Source: a virus
Taxonomy: Duplodnaviria > Caudoviricetes
Reading direction: 5' to 3' (one strand)
IMG/VR virus record: IMGVR_UViG_3300027766_000001
DNA: 64,000 bases
Below, piece by piece: positions 46,053 to 54,439 of this stretch. Within the stretch, counting starts at the first letter, position 1; every line of letters begins with the position of its first letter. The position numbers and the translations under genes were made by a program. The notes under the pieces were generated by a model. It had not been told where the DNA came from. It did no database searches and worked only from the letters and a program-made list of their open reading frames with translations.

Positions 46053-46508
46053 ATGGAATTCTTCGATCGCAACTTCTGGTCCGTCATGACCCTTATGGCT
46101 CTGTTCTGCACCGCCTACGGCGCCTTCATGTACAGCACCACAAACACCCACGCTCACCGTGCTGCTTTAGCATGGATCAGCAAAGAACTCAGCCTGGTCG
46201 ATTACAACTACCAAGCTAACCTGCGTGCCTGCCTGCGTAATCTCGATAAAGACTTGAACTTCTGTCAGTCTGAGAACTTCCTGGCTAACATGCGCAACAA
46301 AGTTAAGCTTATTAACGATGCAGAAGCGGATCTGTTAACCAGCCGTCAGCAGTTGTCTTTACTGGATACTTTATTAGGTACCCACACCAAACAACACCAC
46401 GTACGTAAAATCACTAAGACACGTACCGTACGTGACATCGTTAATATTGCTACCCAACACATGTCTGGCGGTGACCCACGTGTCGCCATCAGTGCACTGT
46501 TTAGTTGA
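46053..46508 (+). CDS. Putative membrane-anchored coiled-coil protein
   Basis: FWSVMTLMALFCTAYGAFMY N-terminal transmembrane segment; GGAG RBS. Confidence 0.7.
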   Translation: MEFFDRNFWSVMTLMALFCTAYGAFMYSTTNTHAHRAALAWISKELSLVDYNYQANLRACLRNLDKDLNFCQSENFLANMRNKVKLINDAEADLLTSRQQLSLLDTLLGTHTKQHHVRKITKTRTVRDIVNIATQHMSGGDPRVAISALFS

Positions 46509-46516
46509 GGTGGTCA

Positions 46517-46569
46517 TTGCCCGCGCATGCGGGCAAGCCCAGCTGTTCCCCTGGGCTCTTTTTTTTTTT
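46517..46569 (+). terminator. Double hairpin plus poly-T terminator
   Basis: TTGCCCGC-GCAT-GCGGGCAA abutting AGCCCAG-CTGTTCCC-CTGGGCT, then C and 11 T. Confidence 0.85.
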
Positions 46570-46612
46570 GTTGATTTATCTCTATGTAGACACGGATAAA
46601 TCAGGAACCATT

Positions 46613-47014
46613 ATGACTCCACAAAAGGTAGTGCCCACGATGTCTGTGGATGGTTGGGTGGTGGGCGTCAAACAGCGCATTGACCGCTTGTTTGCTTATT
46701 GGCTGGCTAACCAAAAATCACAGTCGTATCTGACCGATAGTATCATCTCGTTTCAGTACGATGTGCAGCAATGGGGTGAGAACCCGGATCAGCTGGCCAT
46801 TATCTCCGGTAAGAATCTGGAGAATTACCTGGCCGCCCATTTTGATCAGGTCACGGTTGTTGTTACGGTGAAATACCCGAATGGTGATGGTGTGCCGCCG
46901 TATCACTTGGAGTTCGATGTCAAGCTGGCCGAGAAAGGTGTCGGTTACAATGTTGGTCGAACGTTGATTGAAATCAAAGACGGAACCTTCTTCCGCATAA
47001 TCGAGACTCAGTAA
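46613..47014 (+). CDS. Conserved chimallivirus protein (SbcD block)
   Basis: 133 aa from MTPQKVVPTMSVDGWV; AGGA RBS. Confidence 0.65.
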   Translation: MTPQKVVPTMSVDGWVVGVKQRIDRLFAYWLANQKSQSYLTDSIISFQYDVQQWGENPDQLAIISGKNLENYLAAHFDQVTVVVTVKYPNGDGVPPYHLEFDVKLAEKGVGYNVGRTLIEIKDGTFFRIIETQ

Positions 47015-47015
47015 G

Positions 47016-47639
47016 ATGGACGAGACACATCCAGATTGGGCTAACTACCAGCGTGGTGTTAGCGGTGAAAGAAAAGTAGCACGTGACTTTTCACGTGTCA
47101 CCAACCCACAGCTGCAAGAATCCGTTTTCCGTAGCGTGTTCTTGCCAATGTTTGTCGGCGGTGGTGAATTCATGAACCGGGATGCCTGGCGTGCAGTAGC
47201 CGGCAGTATGTTAAATGAGGTGGATATCTTCTCAGGTCACGAGTACCTGTTTACGGTGCCGCCGGTTGACCTGGAAGTGACTTCTGCGGTTTCAGCCCGT
47301 GGTCCGGATGGTTCCATGGGAAACACCTTAACCGGTGCGCTGTTAAACGCAGCAGAAGAAGCCAGTGGGTACGAAGCACAGATGCTGGTTAATAGCCAGA
47401 TTGCGCAAGCGCCCTCCATGGTTGTGGATAAGCGTGAAGAATACATGGCACGTTGGGACGCGATCTTTAAACGCTACGGTATCGACTACAAAGAAGTGCG
47501 TCGTGAAGTGGCTATCGCGAAATACGGTGCGGCTGCAGTAGTTGGTGTAAAAGATGACATAGTCGATTCATCTTCTAAGAAGATAGATGAAGGAATTGAG
47601 TTCGATGACTCCGACGACGATGACATCCAAAGTTACTGA
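47016..47639 (+). CDS. Conserved chimallivirus protein with acidic tail
   Basis: 207 aa ending IEFDDSDDDDIQSY. Confidence 0.7.
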   Translation: MDETHPDWANYQRGVSGERKVARDFSRVTNPQLQESVFRSVFLPMFVGGGEFMNRDAWRAVAGSMLNEVDIFSGHEYLFTVPPVDLEVTSAVSARGPDGSMGNTLTGALLNAAEEASGYEAQMLVNSQIAQAPSMVVDKREEYMARWDAIFKRYGIDYKEVRREVAIAKYGAAAVVGVKDDIVDSSSKKIDEGIEFDDSDDDDIQSY

Positions 47640-48780
47640 GTTAAGTAAACTCGTAACGAAAAATCCAAACCGTATCCGTATTCTCCAAACCGGAGATATC
47701 CATCTGTGTCACCGTCGCACACCCACCTCTAACATTCTGCGTACCTTGAACTACATGTTCTTTGAGAACGAGTCGTTAAAAGACGTGGATCTGGTTATTC
47801 TGGCAGGGGATGTGTGGGATGCGCTGACCTCGCAGTCACATGCCGATGCAGAACTGTCGCGTCAGTGGATTCGCTTGTTTGTTGAGGCGTGTTCACAAAA
47901 CGATGTGATCCTGCGTGTGATGGAAGGCACACCCGATCACGACCGTAACCAGTCACGTGAGTTTATCTTGCACCAGACTGGGTGTGACGTGAAGTACATC
48001 GAAACGCTGTGTATTGAACGCATTGAACGACTTGGGTTGGATATCCTTTATATCCCGGATGAGATTCGTATTAACCACGAAGAGATCTGGAAAGCCACCT
48101 GTGAAGTGATGGCAGAGGCAAACCTGACGCAAGTCGATTTAGCAATCATGCACGGTGCGTTTGATTTCCACTTCCCGCCAGGGATGAACATTCCGGCACA
48201 TGACACGTCACGGTACAGTGGTTTGGTTAAACATGCGGTGTTGGTTAACCACATCCATAAAGCAGCCCACAAGGAAAAGGTCTGGGGTCCAGGCTCACCG
48301 GATCGTTTAGCCCATAATGAAGAAGGGCCAAAGGGGTATCACCGCATCACACTGTGCTATCCAGATGATCGGATGGAATTGCAGTGGGTGGAAAACCCGT
48401 TTGCTTGGACCTATCGGGCGATCAACGTTCGCGGTAAAGAACTGGATGAAATCATTCAGGTAGCCAAACTCACTGCTGCGGGTATTCCGCCTGGTTCATG
48501 GGTGCGGTTAGACTTTGGTGACCCAACCGTGATGTCTGGTGCGCTGCACATGCTGCGTCAGGAGTTTCCCCATGTCCAGTGGGAAATCAAGAACGAGAAG
48601 AAGAAAGGTGTGGTGGCTGATAAAACCATCTACAAGCAAGAGCGTTACACCGGTGTGCAAATCACCCGTGACAACGTCCACAACGTCATTACCTCCTGGC
48701 TGCGTAACAAACAACTGTTAGGTGATCACCAGGAGCCGATGTTGGCAAGCTTGCTCAGCACAGCTAACGAGGGGTTGTAA
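47620..48780 (+). CDS. SbcD/Mre11-like metallophosphoesterase nuclease
   Basis: Calcineurin-like motifs GDIH, LAGDVWD, GTPDHD, MHGAF, NHIH, GSPDR. Confidence 0.88.
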   Translation: MTSKVTELSKLVTKNPNRIRILQTGDIHLCHRRTPTSNILRTLNYMFFENESLKDVDLVILAGDVWDALTSQSHADAELSRQWIRLFVEACSQNDVILRVMEGTPDHDRNQSREFILHQTGCDVKYIETLCIERIERLGLDILYIPDEIRINHEEIWKATCEVMAEANLTQVDLAIMHGAFDFHFPPGMNIPAHDTSRYSGLVKHAVLVNHIHKAAHKEKVWGPGSPDRLAHNEEGPKGYHRITLCYPDDRMELQWVENPFAWTYRAINVRGKELDEIIQVAKLTAAGIPPGSWVRLDFGDPTVMSGALHMLRQEFPHVQWEIKNEKKKGVVADKTIYKQERYTGVQITRDNVHNVITSWLRNKQLLGDHQEPMLASLLSTANEGL

Positions 48781-48781
48781 C

Positions 48782-49582
48782 ATGGAACAGCGTACCATTG
48801 GGATGTTACCTATCTCGGTAGGTACGTCGTTAGCGTTTGAGTCGTTGATTGCCAATCCCAAGCACCAGATCGACAACCTGATGTTGAATGTCTCGACGAT
48901 CTTTCGTAATGTGTTTCAAGCGTACGACACCAATGTGCGCAACACCATTAAGGCAGATCAGCTGTATCAGGACATGATCCAGGACTTAGGTGGGATTCAT
49001 GAGGTGTTGGGTCGGATCAGTAAAAACAAGACCCCTAACATGATTGCCTACTACTGCAGTTATGCGGGATTGGCGAAACGGTTTAAACATGCCAAGATCT
49101 GGACACCGCACAAACCCATTCAGTTAGCGTACGCACAAGTCGAAGACGAAGTTGTCAAACGCTTGTTATCGCAGCTGCGTGGGCACGTACGTTTGTGTGA
49201 TCACACGATCCCCAATGGTCTACGTAATACCTATGTGGTGACCAACCACATTGTGGATCTGGTTGTGCCTAACGGGTACGGTGAGATTACGTTAATCGAA
49301 TCACACACCGCAGCCTTGAAGGAAAAAGACCAGTGGTACACGAAACTTACGGGCGGTAGTAAATTTGAACGGATTCCATTTAATCCTTTGACATTACAGG
49401 TCTTTGGTGACAATTCGACGAACTTCAAATCTAACGACTTTAAATACAAAGCGATTATCCATGAGCTGGCCGAGAAATACAAGTGGACACCTATGACCAC
49501 GGTAGAGCGTGTCAAGCTGGGTATCGCGAGTGTGCAGGATGAAGACCTGCGCGAACAACTTTCACAGATGCTAAATGCATAA
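48782..49582 (+). CDS. Conserved chimallivirus protein, possible PIN/FEN-like nuclease fold
   Basis: 266 aa between sbcD-like gene and chmC; NLMLNVSTIFRN N-terminus resembles 5-prime nuclease folds (weak). Confidence 0.5.
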   Translation: MEQRTIGMLPISVGTSLAFESLIANPKHQIDNLMLNVSTIFRNVFQAYDTNVRNTIKADQLYQDMIQDLGGIHEVLGRISKNKTPNMIAYYCSYAGLAKRFKHAKIWTPHKPIQLAYAQVEDEVVKRLLSQLRGHVRLCDHTIPNGLRNTYVVTNHIVDLVVPNGYGEITLIESHTAALKEKDQWYTKLTGGSKFERIPFNPLTLQVFGDNSTNFKSNDFKYKAIIHELAEKYKWTPMTTVERVKLGIASVQDEDLREQLSQMLNA

Positions 49583-49605
49583 CGCCATTAACAGGAGCAC
49601 TACCC

Positions 49606-50349
49606 ATGGCCCGTCCTCAATTTACCCCACGTGAAAAATCGTTCCTGAATGACTGGAACACCTGCATGAAAGGACCGACGCAGAACGGTGCGCAGCATCC
49701 GTCTGAATTCCGTATGGTTATGGCCGGTAACAACGTGGCTATCCAGATCGAAACCAAACTGCGTGATGCCAAGAACTACGGTCGCTTTGAAGTCAAAGTC
49801 CCGTACACCTCTGCAATCGGCGTGCTGGTGACAATCGACTACCTGCTGAAGAACAAAGACAAAGGCAAGCTGTCTTATGCCATGAAAGACTTCGTCTTCT
49901 TCGGCCCGGGTAAACGTTCTGACAGCCCGATGGAGAAAGGTAAGCTGACCGTGGGTCGTGATGCAGACGGTTGTCTGTACATGGGCCTGTCGGGCAAAGA
50001 CATCACTCCGATCAAATTCGTGTTCGTGCCGGCGATGTTCGATGAATGGCTGGATGAAAGCGGTTCACGTCTGGCGCCTGCGCCGCAGTCTGAGCTGGCT
50101 GCAACCATGTTCTACGAAACCTATCGCGGTCTGCTGCCGGTCATCGCAACCATGTACTACAAAGAGCCTGAGAAGAAAGAAGGCGGTAATGGTGGTAATG
50201 GCGGCGGCGGAAACGGTGGCGGCTACGGCGGTGGTAACCGTGGTGGCAATGGTGGCGGAAATGGCGGTGGTGGTAACTGGGGTGGTGGCGGTAATAACAA
50301 CTCTGGTGGCGGTGATTCTGGCGGCTTCGACGACAGCATTCCGTTCTAA
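49606..50349 (+). CDS. chmC: Probable ChmC nucleus-associated RNA-binding protein
   Basis: 247 aa with a folded N-terminal region and G/N-rich low-complexity tail; syntenic position upstream of the gp68-like gene; ends FDDSIPF. Confidence 0.65.
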   Translation: MARPQFTPREKSFLNDWNTCMKGPTQNGAQHPSEFRMVMAGNNVAIQIETKLRDAKNYGRFEVKVPYTSAIGVLVTIDYLLKNKDKGKLSYAMKDFVFFGPGKRSDSPMEKGKLTVGRDADGCLYMGLSGKDITPIKFVFVPAMFDEWLDESGSRLAPAPQSELAATMFYETYRGLLPVIATMYYKEPEKKEGGNGGNGGGGNGGGYGGGNRGGNGGGNGGGGNWGGGGNNNSGGGDSGGFDDSIPF

Positions 50350-50372
50350 GCAGTACCAGTTAATGCGCTAAC

Positions 50373-50410
50373 TCATACGGGCAGGACTTCGGTCCTGCCT
50401 TTATGCCGGT
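50373..50410 (+). terminator. Terminator, TTTATGCCG class
   Basis: CATAC-GGGCAGGAC-TTCG-GTCCTGCCT-TTTATGCCGG. Confidence 0.85.
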
Positions 50411-50446
50411 TGATGGTATGAACTTACTATTGGGTTAGAGGCGTTT

Positions 50447-51217
50447 ATGCTTGAGGCATTATTATCTTCACCGCCTTTAATAAAGGCAGCCCCTGGTCAG
50501 GTACAATATGTCATAGCGGGAACATATTCATGGAAGGTTCCTGATGGGGTGAAATCTATCTGTGCAGTCTGCATCGGGGGTGGGTCACAAGCTTCATCAA
50601 CTGGCGGGTTCTTCGGTGGGATGGGCGCGGCGTTACGTTGGGAAAACAACATCCCTGTCACACCAGGCGAAACCTTGACTATTGTTGTGGCGGCAGGAAA
50701 ACCATCGATTGGCTACACGGGTGCATTGGGTTATTCTGCCGGTAATGATACGATTATCAAACGCGGATCAACCATTTTGCTTAAAGCAGCCGGTGGGCGT
50801 CAAACCAGTGATCAGCAAATTGCTGACTCAGTGGGTGTCAATGGCGGTAATGGTGGGGTACGTATCAGTGCACCCAATAACAACTCGGGTATTCCTGGTT
50901 CAGGTACGGGTGGTTATTTTGGGGACGGTGGCGGTAGTTCAGCGAATGCTCAGCCTACTGATACCACCGCAGGTAAAGCAGGCGGAACAAGTGGCAACTC
51001 TGTAAACGGACAATACATCAGTGGCGGTGGTGACGGCACTGGTGCGTTCCTCACAGGGCAAGGCGGCTCAGGCACACGTTGCGGTGCCGGTGGTGGTTGT
51101 ACTAGCCGTTCGAGTGATTACGCCAAAGCATACGGTCCCGGCGGTACAGGTGGTTGTCGAATCATTTGGGGTACCGATCGTTCGTACCCAAGCAATGCTT
51201 TAGATGTAGCAGCATAA
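50447..51217 (+). CDS. Glycine-rich domain protein (tail-fibre/virion accessory type)
   Basis: AGTYSWKVPDGVKSICAVCIGGG ... GGTGGCRIIW glycine-rich repeat-domain pattern; terminators on both sides. Confidence 0.65.
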   Translation: MLEALLSSPPLIKAAPGQVQYVIAGTYSWKVPDGVKSICAVCIGGGSQASSTGGFFGGMGAALRWENNIPVTPGETLTIVVAAGKPSIGYTGALGYSAGNDTIIKRGSTILLKAAGGRQTSDQQIADSVGVNGGNGGVRISAPNNNSGIPGSGTGGYFGDGGGSSANAQPTDTTAGKAGGTSGNSVNGQYISGGGDGTGAFLTGQGGSGTRCGAGGGCTSRSSDYAKAYGPGGTGGCRIIWGTDRSYPSNALDVAA

Positions 51218-51332
51218 TTACCGGGCCGGGGAGTCATACCCGGCCTTTATGCCGATCTGGCGCGGTTTCTCCGTTTTTTCTGACATAAACCCCCTACCTT
51301 ATAAGTGTCAGTATTACGCAATAAAACCAAAC

Positions 51333-51361
51333 ATTTTTAAAGCCTACATTACTAATGTGTG
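51333..51361 (+). promoter_or_regulatory. Phage early promoter (TACATTAC)
   Basis: ATTTTTAAAGCCTACATTACTAATGTGTG; core at 51345-51352. Confidence 0.7.
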
Positions 51362-51386
51362 TGATCACCATTGAGGATCTTTACCT

Positions 51387-52922
51387 GTGAACTTAAGTTA
51401 CACATCCAAGCAATCCACATCGGGGCTAATGCTTGCCACGATTCTGGTCAGCCACAACGGTGAATCCATTACGTTTAACCAAGATGGATTCTTCAAGTCC
51501 AGTCAGAAAGATCACCAAGGTACGTTTGACGAATTAAACGGTTATATTGCGGCCTACCTCAACCCGCAACAACAACAGCAGATGTTCAGTGTGTATCAGC
51601 GTATTCGCTACATTCTGGATACTGAGCAGGCAACGCCGAAAACGTTACTGCCAAAGTTGCAACCTCTGGTTCGTGAACTGTATTCGCTGGTGAGTATTAA
51701 TGACGTTAACCTTTACATGTACAACAATAACCTGACCCACATTCCCAGTGGTGTGCATGAAGTTGCGGTGCAGAACAAAGAGTATTCCGATGATACCACG
51801 TACTTAAAAGCCGATTACATCCGTCTGGTCAACTTGTCAGTGTTGTTGCACTTGATGGCACCGGTGATTGCTGACTACGTCAATGCCGTAGGTGCGGTGA
51901 CGGGTGTGCAGTTCAAAGAGATTGCTGCACTGGCGTTGTTTACCTATGCAGACATCTATCACTGCGAAGAGATGGTGAAAGTTCGCCGTTACGTAGAAGC
52001 CCACTGTTATAAGCAGCCTGTGCCGTTGTCCGCAACGCTCGGTGGTTTGTCAGAGGAAAGCTTCCCGAAATGGATGCTGGCTTCTATCATTGCTCGTCGA
52101 CTGTGTATCAACCACGTTCGTCATGATGACACCAGTGGTCACCTGGTGACACAGATCTTCATGCACATTCGCTACAACATCCGTTTAGACGGAAAGTTTG
52201 GTGGCGGTGTGATGGCGAAGAACGGTCGTCATGTGGTGGGCGATGATGAGCAGGAAAAGCCCGTCATTGAAAACTGGAAGACCAAACAGGAGATCTACGA
52301 AACGGATATCCAGATTTGTGAAGAAGGGTACGTTGAACCGTACTTCCCTGCTTCGCATATCGAGCCCGGTCTTTCGCGTGACATGTTAGACAAGTGTTTG
52401 AAAGCCATCCCCACTGACTGGAACTTTGAACTGACCGAGCATCAGGTAATGTTGATGCAATGGGTGAGTGCAAAGTTTACCCCTCCGGCAGCGGTTGAGT
52501 ATTTCAACTTTAACGTCGACATGGTGTTACTGGCGATCACGCAAGCAGTGCTGTGGCATCGTGGGTTCCCACAACTGGCAGCGATTGCCGGCACGTATCG
52601 TGCAGATGTGCAAATCGATGAACTGCCGGTGCCGCAACAGGCATTGCCACAAAACGTGAAAGCTGAACTGGAGAAGATGTACAATATCCAACTGGATAAA
52701 CGTCAAGGCACCAACGACGGTTTAGTGCATCGCACCATTGAAGCGTTTACCCGATCTGTCATGGTCGGTACGTATAAAGTGGTCGGCCCGGATGAGTTAC
52801 TGATCGCATCGCAGATTGTCGATTACGAACGTATCCTGGTTGTACCGAATAACCTGAACTTCTTGATTGCAGACTTAATTCGTTACGTCGCAACCGAAGG
52901 TCAACTTGAAGTCGCTAATTAA
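51387..52922 (+). CDS. nvRNAP promoter-specificity (sigma-like) subunit, phiKZ gp68-like
   Basis: 511 aa, GTG start with GAGGA RBS; size and position three genes before the beta subunit match gp68. Confidence 0.65.
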   Translation: MNLSYTSKQSTSGLMLATILVSHNGESITFNQDGFFKSSQKDHQGTFDELNGYIAAYLNPQQQQQMFSVYQRIRYILDTEQATPKTLLPKLQPLVRELYSLVSINDVNLYMYNNNLTHIPSGVHEVAVQNKEYSDDTTYLKADYIRLVNLSVLLHLMAPVIADYVNAVGAVTGVQFKEIAALALFTYADIYHCEEMVKVRRYVEAHCYKQPVPLSATLGGLSEESFPKWMLASIIARRLCINHVRHDDTSGHLVTQIFMHIRYNIRLDGKFGGGVMAKNGRHVVGDDEQEKPVIENWKTKQEIYETDIQICEEGYVEPYFPASHIEPGLSRDMLDKCLKAIPTDWNFELTEHQVMLMQWVSAKFTPPAAVEYFNFNVDMVLLAITQAVLWHRGFPQLAAIAGTYRADVQIDELPVPQQALPQNVKAELEKMYNIQLDKRQGTNDGLVHRTIEAFTRSVMVGTYKVVGPDELLIASQIVDYERILVVPNNLNFLIADLIRYVATEGQLEVAN

Positions 52923-52939
52923 CTTGTAGGAGAGAACAC

Positions 52940-54430
52940 ATGAGCATCGGGACACACGCCGGCGGATTTATCGAAATGGGTTTAATGTGCCGTACCACGC
53001 GGTACCACACGCAATACCGTCGCCCAATGCACGCAAACTTTGGTCAGAACATCAACGCTCTGGCAGAAATTGCAGCAGGCAACGACTTCAGTAAAGAACG
53101 TCTGGCGCCGATTGCAGCGACTTCTCTGACCATGAACCCGCAGATTGAATCAGAAGCGGGTATCATCGGTGGTTGGGGTGAAGAGCGCTGCCTGTTTGCG
53201 CTGAAGATTGTTCACCAAACCAACCATGCGGGTACCATGCGTTTAGTGCAGTACCTGCAAGGTTATACCGACCATATGGGTATGCACATGGGTGCAAATG
53301 GCATCATCGGTGGTTCTGCCGGTAAGATCTCCATTAACCCTGCTATGCGTCTGTTCTTTAACAGCAGCTTAATGTTCCAGGAGCACACGCACGTTAACGG
53401 CTACGGTCAGCAGCAGACCACAGTTACGCCGGTAGAAGCCAGTCAGCTGTTAATGGGTACCACGGCCTCATTGCACCAAGGTACGTACACGCTTCGCCCT
53501 GAAGATGTGTACAGCCTGATGCACACGCAGGAAGTGGTGAACTCGGTTAGCCGTTATCAGGAAAATAACGGTCAGGGTGCACAGGTCAATATGCAAGATG
53601 GTCGTGTGATGTTCCAAAACGGTCAGCCGTTGAAGAAGTCTGCACGCACCAACTTAATCCCGTCTAACTACATGTCACAACTGTTAACCACACCGTCAAA
53701 CATCATGATGGCGTATCAAGGTGAGCAGAACGTTGACGTTGCTAATAAAGCGGCGACATCGTTGTCAAGTGGTTACGTGGCATCTGATCAGACCCTCGGC
53801 ATGATGCTGGAACGCACCGGTCTGTCTGAGAACGGCTCGATCACGTACGGTGAACTGTGTCAGCTGTTCCAGAACGCGGATAACACCATTGTCCGTCTGG
53901 GTATGGAATCAGCTCAAGTTCAAGGTGCTCACGGTCAGAACTCTGAGTACATGAACGGTGCGAACTGGGAAACCATTATCTCGCAGATGCTGCAGAACGT
54001 GGTAGCGGCGCTGATGGTGGAAACCTCCATGCGTAAGATCATGCTGGCAGGTGATAACTTCTCTGGGTCGGACATGATGCAGGGTACCATCGCTGGTCAG
54101 TTCAAAATCAACGCATTGAACGGACAGTCGTTCATTGCCGGTCGTCCGTGGGAATATTCCTGCGAACAGGTGAAGATGCGTTTGATCCAGGAATTCCTGG
54201 TAGGCTTTACTGGTCACAACTACGTGCCAATCGGTTTCTCTCTGTACATTGACCTGTATGGCGAATGCGTCATTGACGTAACGTATAATGGTGGCCCGGT
54301 GACTCGCTACGCTACACCGATGTTTGGTGATAGCCTGTACTCACCAATGTTGACGGATAACCGTGCTACCCTGGCACACATGTCCGCGGAAACCCGTCAA
54401 GTTACACACAACCTTCTCAACGTACTGTAA
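52940..54430 (+). CDS. picA: Probable nuclear import factor PicA/Imp1 (phiKZ gp69-like)
   Basis: 496 aa directly after the gp68-like gene; assignment from synteny and size. Confidence 0.55.
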   Translation: MSIGTHAGGFIEMGLMCRTTRYHTQYRRPMHANFGQNINALAEIAAGNDFSKERLAPIAATSLTMNPQIESEAGIIGGWGEERCLFALKIVHQTNHAGTMRLVQYLQGYTDHMGMHMGANGIIGGSAGKISINPAMRLFFNSSLMFQEHTHVNGYGQQQTTVTPVEASQLLMGTTASLHQGTYTLRPEDVYSLMHTQEVVNSVSRYQENNGQGAQVNMQDGRVMFQNGQPLKKSARTNLIPSNYMSQLLTTPSNIMMAYQGEQNVDVANKAATSLSSGYVASDQTLGMMLERTGLSENGSITYGELCQLFQNADNTIVRLGMESAQVQGAHGQNSEYMNGANWETIISQMLQNVVAALMVETSMRKIMLAGDNFSGSDMMQGTIAGQFKINALNGQSFIAGRPWEYSCEQVKMRLIQEFLVGFTGHNYVPIGFSLYIDLYGECVIDVTYNGGPVTRYATPMFGDSLYSPMLTDNRATLAHMSAETRQVTHNLLNVL

Positions 54431-54439
54431 GGAATTAGC

